From positions 192,001 through 256,000 of the IMG/VR virus record IMGVR_UViG_3300026549_000029: a stretch of 64,000 nucleotides of DNA. The stretch is one strand, 5' to 3'. Source of the DNA: a virus. Taxonomy: Duplodnaviria > Caudoviricetes. Position 1 is the stretch's first letter. Each line of letters starts with the position of its first letter. The position numbers were made by a program, and so were the translations under genes. The notes beneath the pieces are model-generated. The model did not search any database and was not told the DNA's origin. It was given only the letters and a program-made list of their open reading frames with translations. Below, piece after piece: positions 48,201 through 55,884 of the stretch.

Positions 48201-51009
48201 AATGGGATTCCAAGCAAGAGCAAAAAATACACCAAGCTGGGCTAAAGATAGATCTATGTATACTCTTGGTATGCCTATCAAAAATGTATATGGTTCAGAT
48301 TGGAAATTCTCATTATTCCCGGATGATAAATCTGATCCATTTGGATATATTTCTGATGAAATGCGTCAGAAACATGGAGAAGCTCATTATGAAATTGATG
48401 CTTCTGGTAATGTAACAGCCCCATCTGGATATTCTTCTAATAGTAGTAGTAATGCACAAGGTTCTGCAGCAGCTGCTTCATCTGGAGCTCCTGGAGGTAC
48501 TAATCTTTCTAGTATTCTTAGTAGTGCATTCAGTAAAGTATTTCAAGCTGTTGGAAAAGGGCTTAGTGGAACTGCTGCAAGTATATTTAAACTTATTACA
48601 GGTGGATTTAGTCTTGGAGCTAATGCTGGAACTGAATCTAATGGCGATGCAAGCGTAACAACAGCTGATACATCATCAAATTCTGGTGGCGTAGCAACAT
48701 CTAGTGGCAATACTACACAAGAGAATGCTATTGTGCAAAAGATGAATTCTATTCTTGGTACATCTCATTATTCTATGAGTGGTGCAAGAGATCCATCTAA
48801 AGGAAGTTCAGACTGTTCATCTACTGTTCAATGGGTTCTTAAAAATTCGATTGGTGTTAATCCTGGTGGTTCTACACCAGAAATTTTAGATAGTTCTAAT
48901 GGTATAATTGTTGATAAATATACAAGTGGTGATCCATTACAGCAAACCTCATCAGGACCAAATCTTGATAGATTAAGACCTGGTGATTTACTTCTTTATT
49001 CAAGACCTACTTCTGGATTTTCTTCTGGAAGAAAATATAGAGTTGGTCACGTAGAGATGTATATGGGTCAAGGAAAAAGAGCTGGTCATGGCTCTGGAGT
49101 TGGACCTATTGTAACTGATGCTAATAGTGATGCAAAAAGATATATTCTTTCTAAGAGATATACTACAGAACAGCCATCAACATCTTCATCAACAACTACA
49201 GCAACTGGAACTGGTTCTGGATTACCATTATATAAATATATAGGTGGTAAATCAGCTGCTGGTGCATCAAGTGAATATGATTATGATGATAGAGATGATG
49301 GACATGCAAAACCTTATCCTACTGGTTATGGTACTCCTCATTCTATGATAGAAATTGCTAGATCTCAACTTGGTGTTTTAGAAGGTGGACTTGGTGAAAA
49401 AGATAAGAGTGGTAACTGGATTCCCCACTCTGGTAATATTACAGACTATGGTAAATTTATGGGAATGGATAAGCAACCTTGGTGTGCTTCATTTGTATCC
49501 TGGGTTATGGATAAAACATTTAATGGTGATAAAACTGCTAGAAATAAAGCTTTAAAAGGAAACATTTCTGCTGCTGTATCAGGTCTTTGGGATAATTTCA
49601 AAAGTGCTGGTGCAATGACAAATGAACCTCAACCTGGTGATGTTGTAATATTTAAAAATGGATCTTCTCATACTGGTATTGTAGAAACTGTTAATGGAAA
49701 ACAGATTTCTACAATTGAAGGTAATACTGGATCTAGCAATGAATTTAACCGTAATGGTGGTGTTGTTGCTAGACATCAGTGGACTTTAGGCGATGGAAGT
49801 TCCATGGATAAAAAACTCACTGGATTTGGTAGACCTGATTGGAGTGGAGCTACTGCTTCAGGTTCTGGATTACCATTATATAAATTTGTAGGTGGAGCTT
49901 CAGGATCTGCTGGAGATTTTCATCGTATGCAGCACTTAGAACCTGGTAAAGCTTTACCAACCCCACCAGGAAAGGGAACAGCTGCTAGTTATATTGATAT
50001 AGCTAGATCTCAACTTGGTGTCGAAGAAGGTGGTGTATGCAACGATCCAAATGATAGTTCATATGGAAAACCAAATTCAGGTAATATTACTGATTATGGT
50101 AAATTTACTGGTTATGATAAGGAACCATGGTGTGCATCATTTGTATCATGGTTAATGGATAAAAATTATAATGGTAATGCAAAAGCTAGAGATATAGCTC
50201 TTAGAGGTCCTGTGCAAGTAGGTGTTACAGCATTTAAAAATCAATTTAAAAAAGCAGGAGCATTTTATGAAAAAGATGCTTTACCAGGAGATTTTGTAAT
50301 ATTTACAAATAATAAAGCTTCTCATATCGGGTTAGTAGAAAAAGTTGATCCTGATGGAACTATTCATACCATAGAAGGAAATACTGGTAGTGGTAATGAA
50401 TATAATCGTAATGGTGGAATGGTTGCAAGACATCATTTTAAGATAGGAGATGGATCTACTCTAGCCAATAAACTTACTGGTTTTGGACGGCCTGACTATG
50501 AAGGCGGATATTATGAATTATATGGCAAAGCTGCTGAATCTTGGGAAGCTGATAATGAAGCTATAAGATCAATGATGAATAAAACTGCTGCTGGTTCCGG
50601 TCTTTGGACTCCTATAGGCGGAGCTACAAAATCATCTAAAAACAAAAATACTAAAAAATATAAAGTAGATCCTTTAATTGCAGCTGATATAGCTAGGCAA
50701 ACAAATAATAGTTCTGATTATTCTTTAACTTCATCTAGAGCTGTAAATCATTCTATAGATTATAGTGCTCCTAATGATGTTGCTACTTCTCTTAATAGTA
50801 TTCTTGAGTATTTAAAGATTATTGCAGAGAATAGTAAATATGAATCTGCACTGCCTACTATTGTTGATCTTGTTTCTAAATTAGCTGGAATTACTGCTAC
50901 AGTAAATTCTAATTCTACTAGTATCGAAAATCAGGATAAAGTAAGTAATATCAATTCTGATATATCTGCTATTATTCAGAAATTAGATGCTATTTCAAGT
51001 TCACTTTAA
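39250..51009 (+). CDS. Tape-measure protein / tail-associated multi-domain lysin (C39-like peptidase, tail lysozyme, unknown hydrolase, NlpC/P60, 2x CHAP)
   Basis: 3919 aa. Gly/Ala-rich helical repeats and TM-like segments. Domain motifs: Q..GCGPATAA..HYVV..DDP; AGLMGNLYGES..YGLVQWT; DCSS..GDLL..GHVEM; twice PWCASFVSW..H.G.VE..TIEGN. AACT-N6-TA at 39210-39221. Confidence 0.9.
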   Translation: MARFDPKTYAKNVLRSAGYITVESIKGVNPTLTSYITETASSAKEMYDFAKDFKRNIRNKLDETDGRLTREFDKQKKNILDDIRTGKFYNPEREKAALNEYMKKEGFSFDDLDFDIDEDFGEDSSESSSGETKAINSLSMTQQKLTAASTDEIVRASKANTKLSIKTTNRMFGMVNNSLAVINTSILNLHQDLAKPINTHIINSGNFYQAATTEMAMQTKYLENINRILTERYETKKKGFNNTGYKTSAWEDVFGNGLPNLKKWGSHAKTKFMNSTALGAFSDLLSPEMLDMIFESGAISSPIAQLAVFGLTNRLQSSKFGKSLNRTEDILRGGFTQLAAAISTRARNISKNRKTDIYGKGGGILSAILDALDITPKANKKIDHSKYNRGPVDWDGESKKALTEVIPTQLAMIISQLGGTPKVFNYKTGKWETVNQATKQFKEERRKAIASENYRLKDTITRDFIDEYNAKLSTGESMMTYRSKGTLDLSRDFDRVMEYFTLNNIDSFADAGTVLNDLAQKGIISKRSAEQLKKSFNKHAGSFSSAVYNSRVGNNKFMASAGQGTFGMISNGSGLAKASYNMNKTGAYTNSILGLKDNKGHDIYFYLQSFYSSFKYLEDALSTQNFSRGRGRTFRRRNNRYDVPISEELRRIQEQEERQDQIRNRREGSSTTRITDEYDSREGTFKKSSFNKTEQRAKEDERSSIFTRGIDKFNDALSKMFFGNNNINQMIANGGLLGAIKDLPGNIAKAIDELKDKAKNWLGEKWRNFKESDFGREYFGSMKDQVRGMGRSVWGHARQSAGRVVEFFSDRGSKPSGARGGFVTKSGMVSVSEGEMIIPSEKNPFYRGRTNKSSQRAQEAMNYRRWVAQGGNKDDYWGSYREGGEPYKNKKIVDKIKELVFADASESEIEAAVKAINTGAAKGKASIDKIRATVNQIKESVEYKAKLKKQKQQELYDNAKNSKIGKKVINAGRQIDESLENAFGQKYKDSKDVAKSAMEVIKKSLPQTMSSGTIGAIIAGAMTGSGLGLLGGFAIGAGVHVLKNSDDISKKLFGDEEGKGGMLPPKVSNFIKKRLPKLTKSGAIGSVLGAMGIAPGGLLGGFVLGAGIDMLAHQEKVQEFISSALFGNEGVDGKRRGGIIGSLKVRVVDPLADYVKTGIGKVKDFFKNTIFTNVKKLFDPLTDWVKGKGTKMLDEVTGGIKSIIHRIGRNIGEIFNKTIGRLLSAIGFTGDKALTFGGKLAALPFKGIGGLGDALNRHNIKMGYSSASAAERVAAMGDKATDYDKTLAAYETSGNIKGAKDFVQRVHFYANSEKNARKALASQREDLADTMVATLDNGGAADPKIVNALRSAMRRATTTTKVGIGFNKKSIQHTDYSRVIADIKAGKYKGITNKRAEEAIKLLTAKQAEFNERYNQLDNWGAAQEAEFSKDEYKGYDLRGLSGKLSDKKLLKLRRQTNADLRKISENDREKWIQDENKTLADRIEQDKNEHPLDDKRNTILENILTPVKAIAQHLGVNLPEKNSFDKAKENTKIPSEESKSSENSGPKEGDTRQNPTTGENEEFRGGKWVPDLSNKETKDKKNEEKEEKNLRTRFYNFFLGGGLLTSLKGIFGINKEEKKETIFDKLKKLLGGAASAIGGFLSPITSAISGLLGNLAGGGLSGALSGIGGAITKGLGEFITGGGLATALSAVGLGWLFNKAHDKLEGTDKDSRVRKGIDLSTLKSSKDMNPLERAYYGSKDVENVIRNRNMLAYDKDDFVSDYAVDRGIKTTGFNLVSGMAFGGKIGSIGAKVVGGTVGNIPIVGKALAAPMKYASKLGSNLPKVSEFVKKGATKLTTGEGGSVFGSFSEKYLGKRATNFLTDVADNGLISTIADRLKSIFNWVFNKLGIKQAGAAADEAAETAGQAIAQNGGASLGKLLSTIGTVVYIGRIILALEDGFEKPRAKVILGITIDPTIPQRLLAAALNAINYAIPGIGGLIPTEVLFNVLYWVFNKFGVDLGGLDKARAEAKITLEEYRKATNNPGATLEEYVHNELGEYTTQEKVKKAIGGTIGKVKDFGVGVAKGAKNLGSKAVTTVKSAGSKAIKGIKNFGTGVANGAKNLIAAAGNKLAKGKDYLKEAITAVTGLAGDMEKVFINRSSKMSDVINVKPKIKEDNPLYGITNAISNNAKVAIVPGLFIKYTGIKIGNSIKDLANKVKTAIEPYIEIAGTIAQDIGDTVSQNIDSFKSGDIVGLWTNKSTVSEDNPFGVVSTAANVATSAALTMPTVYSFIGHKIVGGIKSVAEFVVKEANNIGAIGKATREYMIAGDLKGLISSDNSDAGSETGVISTIANYGYKFSYLIPTAINALGNKISEIFTKAKSSIPDIKNVVSKLWEYSDNSKDFSTYKSTVESFLVKDNSDIYSGINNSIVSLTGGIMEMALKVVRAIRFIGDKVGDAIEWGKDKVDWVGNKVSSGWNTATTIVDDAATTVKNFVTGTGSGIHVTQRGSNRKFGSSNVDENGCGPATAATVLRAYGRGGNLDDAVSWAEAGGYVAGSSGVGTRASYFSDILGANGIRTSYTNSKNSIRGAVGSGNPTILLGQDRSNKSKVNSPFGPNPHYVVARGSDSRGNILIDDPELGAPTVYNKKILNNAKLGILTGGGSNPVKESDGAVWNYLKSAGLTDAGTAGLMGNLYGESGITFNKLEKLCANRLRETGKGNYTDESYTAAIDNGTLDKTHFLHPRYPDKNSSGKDYQYGYGLVQWTSPSRKEGLYDLVKSKGVSIADPNTQLEYLVYELKNKYPGVYKTLTTTNNLQEASDLVLKDFESPSEWQKQTGTRKSYGETYLNKFSANPPANTSFGTTTAGVSTSSSSTASGPVLEFPKYNLSEQQLKGAANIIQNEQGGIQGRYAEASLMANQVDMKDDSRANAENLIKHLKGGWFAKGATRYEEGFNGSAKIEPSALAAATDVFNNGKRTLPRYVDEHDCFADLAIINGKSTGLTKGMGFQARAKNTPSWAKDRSMYTLGMPIKNVYGSDWKFSLFPDDKSDPFGYISDEMRQKHGEAHYEIDASGNVTAPSGYSSNSSSNAQGSAAAASSGAPGGTNLSSILSSAFSKVFQAVGKGLSGTAASIFKLITGGFSLGANAGTESNGDASVTTADTSSNSGGVATSSGNTTQENAIVQKMNSILGTSHYSMSGARDPSKGSSDCSSTVQWVLKNSIGVNPGGSTPEILDSSNGIIVDKYTSGDPLQQTSSGPNLDRLRPGDLLLYSRPTSGFSSGRKYRVGHVEMYMGQGKRAGHGSGVGPIVTDANSDAKRYILSKRYTTEQPSTSSSTTTATGTGSGLPLYKYIGGKSAAGASSEYDYDDRDDGHAKPYPTGYGTPHSMIEIARSQLGVLEGGLGEKDKSGNWIPHSGNITDYGKFMGMDKQPWCASFVSWVMDKTFNGDKTARNKALKGNISAAVSGLWDNFKSAGAMTNEPQPGDVVIFKNGSSHTGIVETVNGKQISTIEGNTGSSNEFNRNGGVVARHQWTLGDGSSMDKKLTGFGRPDWSGATASGSGLPLYKFVGGASGSAGDFHRMQHLEPGKALPTPPGKGTAASYIDIARSQLGVEEGGVCNDPNDSSYGKPNSGNITDYGKFTGYDKEPWCASFVSWLMDKNYNGNAKARDIALRGPVQVGVTAFKNQFKKAGAFYEKDALPGDFVIFTNNKASHIGLVEKVDPDGTIHTIEGNTGSGNEYNRNGGMVARHHFKIGDGSTLANKLTGFGRPDYEGGYYELYGKAAESWEADNEAIRSMMNKTAAGSGLWTPIGGATKSSKNKNTKKYKVDPLIAADIARQTNNSSDYSLTSSRAVNHSIDYSAPNDVATSLNSILEYLKIIAENSKYESALPTIVDLVSKLAGITATVNSNSTSIENQDKVSNINSDISAIIQKLDAISSSL

Positions 51010-51015
51010 TATTAT

Positions 51016-51048
51016 TGGAGTTGGGTTTAATAGCCCAACTCCATATTA
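51016..51048 (+). terminator. Hairpin overlapping a late-type promoter
   Basis: TGGAGTTGGG-N8-CCCAACTCCA with only a weak U tract; AACTCCATATTA at 51037-51048. Confidence 0.55.
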
Positions 51049-51071
51049 ATTAGTAATGGAGGTATAATAAA

Positions 51072-52763
51072 ATGCCTGATAATCCTTCAACAGATAATCC
51101 TAATACTGATACTCCTAGTACTGATAATACCGGTACTAATACACAAGATACTCAGACTCCTTCTGCCTCTCCAGATGAAAGTAGTAGTGCTCCGTCTAAT
51201 CCTGGATATGAATATGTAGATACTTCAATAGAAGATAATATAGATGATAATGCAGAATTTGAAGAATTATATGGACATCAAGTTACATATGAATCTTATT
51301 CAGATCTTGTAGATGATCTCAGACATAATAGCAATATATATCAAGCTAATGGTAAAAAATCTAGTTCTAATTATGCTAAAAAAATAACAGATAATATTAC
51401 TGGCATATTTGGTATTCCTTATCAATTTTCTTCTGATGTTGATCCTATAATGGAAGAGAATCCAAATTCAGCAAATGATACTGATATGCATGTAGGAAGA
51501 AAATATAGTCAGAAAATTTTATCTGTTATGCCTATATTATTCTTAACTCCTGGGGAACCTATGTTTATGTATAAAGGTCATAATAAAGGAGGAATAGCAT
51601 TAGGATTAGCACAAGATCTATATGATGCTCTTAATAATGACCATCGTGATAGTGATAGAAATAGCAGCACTGATCAAGAGGGAAGATACTATACTTTTGC
51701 ACAGAATTTTCCAGAATATAAAAAGTATGCTAATACTGCATTAAGAGCTCTTGCTTTCTATATGGGTATACAAGATATATCTGTACCTATTCCTGGTACT
51801 AATGAAGATGAGCAATTATATAAATTAGATATTGAGCATTTTATGTCTACCGATTTTACTAAAATCTTTGGTAGTAACTGTGTTGTTCCTTTTTATTTAG
51901 ATGCAGAAACTTCTATTAGTGAAGATTTTAGTAATGATACCACAGAATCTATGATTGCTCAGACTGCTAATGGATTCTCTCAGACAGCAAGAGAAATTCA
52001 ATTCATATTAGGTACTAAAGATGGTGGTGGTCTTATGAAAGCTATGGGATCTGCAGTAACAGAATTAGGAACTAACTTAGCTGATGCTGCAGGTCAATTA
52101 TCAGATGCTTTAGTAGGAAAGAATTTATTATCCAGAATTACTGGAGAATTAACTACTATAGTTTCTGGTGGTAAAATTATATTCCCTGAGATTTGGTCTG
52201 GTTCTTCTTATTCTAAATCTTATAATATAAATCTTAAATTAAGATCTCCAGATCCTGATCCTGTAAGTATATTCTTAAATATATATATGCCTTTAGTATT
52301 ATTAGTCTCTATGGCTAGTCCTAGACAAGTAGGAAATGGAGCTAATTCTTATGAAGCTCCTTTCTTAGTAAGAGCTACATATAAATCTATATTTAACTGT
52401 GATCTTGGAATTATACAATCCTTATCAATAACAAAAGGTGGTCCTGATAGATGGAATGTTATGGGACAACCATATACTGCTGATGTAACTATAACTTTAA
52501 AAGATTTATATTCAGATATGTTTATATCTAAAATGATGGGATTGATTTGTAATACTGCAGAAATGGATTACTTAGCTACAATGGCTGGAGTTAATCTAAA
52601 TGACTATGAATTCACTAGATTAGCAAAGATGGCTGCTATGATATTAAGAGATGCTCCTAGAGATTATGTAGATGATTTTTGGGGAGGAGTAAAGAGAACA
52701 TTAGCTCAAAAAGCAGCTGGTTTATTAGGAAACTTTTCTGATGTAAGAAGTTTAGGATGGTAA
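51072..52763 (+). CDS. Baseplate hub / tail-tube initiator-like protein (T4 gp48/gp54-like)
   Basis: FPEIWSGSSYSKSY..LKLRSP..PFLV..GIIQSLSITKGG..DVTITLKDLY; follows the tape-measure gene. Confidence 0.7.
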   Translation: MPDNPSTDNPNTDTPSTDNTGTNTQDTQTPSASPDESSSAPSNPGYEYVDTSIEDNIDDNAEFEELYGHQVTYESYSDLVDDLRHNSNIYQANGKKSSSNYAKKITDNITGIFGIPYQFSSDVDPIMEENPNSANDTDMHVGRKYSQKILSVMPILFLTPGEPMFMYKGHNKGGIALGLAQDLYDALNNDHRDSDRNSSTDQEGRYYTFAQNFPEYKKYANTALRALAFYMGIQDISVPIPGTNEDEQLYKLDIEHFMSTDFTKIFGSNCVVPFYLDAETSISEDFSNDTTESMIAQTANGFSQTAREIQFILGTKDGGGLMKAMGSAVTELGTNLADAAGQLSDALVGKNLLSRITGELTTIVSGGKIIFPEIWSGSSYSKSYNINLKLRSPDPDPVSIFLNIYMPLVLLVSMASPRQVGNGANSYEAPFLVRATYKSIFNCDLGIIQSLSITKGGPDRWNVMGQPYTADVTITLKDLYSDMFISKMMGLICNTAEMDYLATMAGVNLNDYEFTRLAKMAAMILRDAPRDYVDDFWGGVKRTLAQKAAGLLGNFSDVRSLGW

Positions 52764-52799
52764 ATAATAGAGGTAGAAGATATCTTCTACCTCTATTAT
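52764..52799 (+). terminator. Intrinsic terminator (36-bp perfect palindrome)
   Basis: ATAATAGAGGTAGAAGATATCTTCTACCTCTATTAT plus a T run. Confidence 0.85.
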
Positions 52800-52842
52800 A
52801 TTTTTTTATTTTATAAATAACCTGTGTATAATTATAAATGAG

Positions 52843-53586
52843 GTGAATTTTTTGGCAAAACAAAAATCAAGAATATTAAAAATGGAAGAATATGAATCTA
52901 AATATTCTTCTATTCCAAGAGATTTTAATGAACGTATTTCTTTTTTAATCGATTCTATGAGACTTTCTCCTCAAAAAATGGATGATATTATAGAACGATA
53001 CAGAGTTATGGAATCTCAATTATTTTATTATAATTATAAAATAATTCTTTATGAAGATCCAGAAGGGGCTAAACGCCCACGTTTTAGAATGATTAATAGA
53101 CAAAATTATATGAATCTTGCTTTAGGTGGAGGGAGTTTTGTTCATGTATTTTCTCCTAATGCAGCAGAAGATCATAAATTTATGCATAAACTTATAGATT
53201 CTGAATTAATACAATTAAATAATTTTATTCAAACTCCATGTCAAGTTTGTATAAATGTATTTTTCAAAACTCCTACATATTTTAATAAAACTGATATTTT
53301 ATTAGCAGAAGTTGGTTTACATAGGCATATAAATAAACCAGATTGGGATAATATTGGTAAAAAATATACCGATATGTTTAATGCTAATATTTGGTTAGAT
53401 GATAATTTAGTAACAGATGGAGAAGTACATAAGTATTATTCTATATTGCCTAGAGTAGAAATTTATATTAAATATTTAAATTGTGTTACTTCTTATCAAC
53501 ATTATAATCAGATAATTAATAGAAAAGATTATAATCCAGATTATCCTATAAATTATTTAGATAATACTGGTTATTTACATTTTTAA
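52843..53586 (+). CDS. rusA: RusA-like Holliday junction resolvase
   Basis: AKRPRF...KPDWDNIGKKYTD...IWLDDNLV...K.Y...PRVEI. Confidence 0.85.
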   Translation: MNFLAKQKSRILKMEEYESKYSSIPRDFNERISFLIDSMRLSPQKMDDIIERYRVMESQLFYYNYKIILYEDPEGAKRPRFRMINRQNYMNLALGGGSFVHVFSPNAAEDHKFMHKLIDSELIQLNNFIQTPCQVCINVFFKTPTYFNKTDILLAEVGLHRHINKPDWDNIGKKYTDMFNANIWLDDNLVTDGEVHKYYSILPRVEIYIKYLNCVTSYQHYNQIINRKDYNPDYPINYLDNTGYLHF

Positions 53587-53607
53587 AAGGAGGATAAAAA
53601 ATATAAA

Positions 53608-54351
53608 ATGGTTGATTTTAATAGCTTTGAAAAAGAAAATATAAATAATCAAATTGATAATATATTAGATGATACACCAGCTACTAGTGAAGAAACTGGT
53701 AAATCTCTTACTTTAGATAATATAGAAATTAGTTCTACTAGTAGTAAAAACTCAGCAACAGATGATTATTATAATAAATATAAATTATCTGAATCTGCTA
53801 CTATTAATACTAATAATGAAACTACAGGATCTGATATTAGAATTCCAGAAAATTACGAAACTAGAGTAAATCCTAATGATCCTAGATATACTCAGATGTA
53901 TATAAATGGGTATTGGTATGACATTAATGTATTACCAAATTCTATTGTTCTTGATAATGGAACTGTTTCTACTGAAAAAACTGAACTTATAAAGCATGAT
54001 CCTGAAGAATTAAATAAAAAAGGTGATGCTGCTAAGTATGATAAAGGTAAACTTCAGATTACTCTTATGCCTACAGAAATTATAAGAGCAATTACTGAAG
54101 TTAGAATGTTTGGAGCTAAGAAATATAAACCCGCTAATTGGATTAATGTATCTAAAAGAAGATATAAAGATGCACTACTTAGACATATTTTAGAATATAT
54201 TGATAATGAAGATGCTGTTGATTCTGAATCTGGCTTACCTGCTCTTTGGCATGCTGCATGTAATATTGCTTTTTTAATTGATATGCATAGAAAAGATTGG
54301 GATAAGAGAAAAGAACAGATTGAAAAGAATTTTGCAGATATGGAAAAATAA
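53608..54351 (+). CDS. dATP/dGTP diphosphohydrolase (DUF5664-type) with N-terminal extension
   Basis: KYDKGK..LMP..VRMFGAKKY...NW...RYKDALLRH...DSESGL..LWHAACN. Confidence 0.85.
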   Translation: MVDFNSFEKENINNQIDNILDDTPATSEETGKSLTLDNIEISSTSSKNSATDDYYNKYKLSESATINTNNETTGSDIRIPENYETRVNPNDPRYTQMYINGYWYDINVLPNSIVLDNGTVSTEKTELIKHDPEELNKKGDAAKYDKGKLQITLMPTEIIRAITEVRMFGAKKYKPANWINVSKRRYKDALLRHILEYIDNEDAVDSESGLPALWHAACNIAFLIDMHRKDWDKRKEQIEKNFADMEK

Positions 54352-54418
54352 TAAATAATAATTTATAATAATACATTACAATATTAAAATATAATCTTAT
54401 TAATAGGGAGATATAAAA

Positions 54419-54901
54419 ATGATTAAGAAAAATGTTAATATTGAAACTAAAGTTACCGAAGGAACTCTTTGCAATGCTAAAGAAGATTTTATTAAATTTA
54501 TTACAAAGAAAGTTTCTAATAATTCTAAATATTTTAAAATTAAAAATTGTGAAGATTTTAAAATGAAGAATGAGTTTACAGCTACAGTTAAATGCGCTGA
54601 AGATGATACATATGATGAAGAAATTGGTAAAACCTATGTTAAATTTAAAGTTCTTGATAAATACTATAAAGCTTTTGATAGAAGAATTAAAAATGTAACT
54701 ATTGATTGTTTTAGACTTGCTTTTACTCTTCTTGATTGGATTTATACTCATGTATCTATTGGGGATGCAGAAGATATTATTGTAGAAGTAGCAAATAAAT
54801 TTGGTTATATTATCACTCCAGAAAGTGATATTGATTTTGAATTTGATGAAACAGAAGAAGAGACAGAATCTAATTCTGTAGAAAATACTACTAAAGAATA
54901 A
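54419..54901 (+). CDS. Hypothetical phage protein
   Basis: ATVKCAEDDTYDEEIGK motif; SD GGGAG; early-like motif TACATTACAATATTAAA at 54372-54388. Confidence 0.7.
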   Translation: MIKKNVNIETKVTEGTLCNAKEDFIKFITKKVSNNSKYFKIKNCEDFKMKNEFTATVKCAEDDTYDEEIGKTYVKFKVLDKYYKAFDRRIKNVTIDCFRLAFTLLDWIYTHVSIGDAEDIIVEVANKFGYIITPESDIDFEFDETEEETESNSVENTTKE

Positions 54902-54921
54902 AAATAAAGGATGGTAGAACC

Positions 54922-55266
54922 ATGACAGTTTTAGAATCAGATAATATTACTTCTACCATCTCTTATCTTAGACAAAATATTTATTCTTTACCTCAATTTA
55001 GAACGGAGCTTATTAATAATCTTAGTATATATCTTGATGCTAATAATGTAGGATTTATTAATAATCAATATGGTGGTCTTGATATTAATGTAAAATATAA
55101 TCCTTCTAATGATTCTGGATATAGAGATTCAGCTTTTTATTTAAATAAAGTAATTTTTGTAATACAAAAAACTATATCTGCTATATCTAAAGATAATATT
55201 AATATTACTTCCAGTATGGTTAATGTTACATCTATAGGAGTAGATAATATTATTATAAGAATTTAG
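54922..55266 (+). CDS. Hypothetical protein
   Basis: 114-aa ORF within the operon. Confidence 0.65.
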   Translation: MTVLESDNITSTISYLRQNIYSLPQFRTELINNLSIYLDANNVGFINNQYGGLDINVKYNPSNDSGYRDSAFYLNKVIFVIQKTISAISKDNINITSSMVNVTSIGVDNIIIRI

Positions 55267-55283
55267 GAGAGAAGGTTTAATAC

Positions 55284-55880
55284 ATGAGTCTTACTGTTAT
55301 AGGAGATTCCAAAAGAAAAGTATTTCACTATAAAGATTGTATTTGTGTTAATTCTATTCCTGAAAAAGATATAATTTTATTTAGTTCTAAAAATGATGCA
55401 AGACTCCATGGATATGAACATTGTTATAGATGTTCAAAATTAGTATCTTATTATAATAAAGATAAAGAAGAAATTGATAGATTTATTCTTCATAATTATA
55501 TGAAGATGTATATAGAAGATGATGCTATGTTTATAGATAATATAACATCAGCTTGGAAAATTACAACAGAACCAACAAGATATGGAGTAGAATTATATCA
55601 TGCTAATTCAGAAAAAATATCTAAATTAAAAGTAAAGAATAAACATATACAGTATCATTATCATAAGCAAAATTATAAAGGCAAAAAAGATATTTTATCG
55701 ATGCTTCAATATATTATTGAACATGATAAATGGAAATCTGATAATGCAGAATCATATAAGAAACTTCCAGTTAATACAAAAAAGAAAAAGAAAACTTTTA
55801 GAAAAGAAAGAAATAAATATAGAAAAAAGAAGATAAGAGATGTGAAAAATTTAATTGATAAAGTTGCTGTTACTAAATAA
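55284..55880 (+). CDS. Protein with Ada-type Zn-binding domain and basic C-terminus
   Basis: IGDSKRKVFHYKDC...FSSKNDARLHGYEHCYRC. Confidence 0.7.
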   Translation: MSLTVIGDSKRKVFHYKDCICVNSIPEKDIILFSSKNDARLHGYEHCYRCSKLVSYYNKDKEEIDRFILHNYMKMYIEDDAMFIDNITSAWKITTEPTRYGVELYHANSEKISKLKVKNKHIQYHYHKQNYKGKKDILSMLQYIIEHDKWKSDNAESYKKLPVNTKKKKKTFRKERNKYRKKKIRDVKNLIDKVAVTK

Positions 55881-55884
55881 ATAT

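Noticed and set aside
49213-50500. Diversity-generating retroelement TR/VR pair
   Set aside because: Both copies are in-frame coding domains, the differences are not confined to adenines, and there is no reverse transcriptase in the window.
51075-51200. PSTDN/TDT repeats at the start of the hub protein as a functional repeat array
   Set aside because: Short, imperfect, low-complexity coding linker with no further structure.
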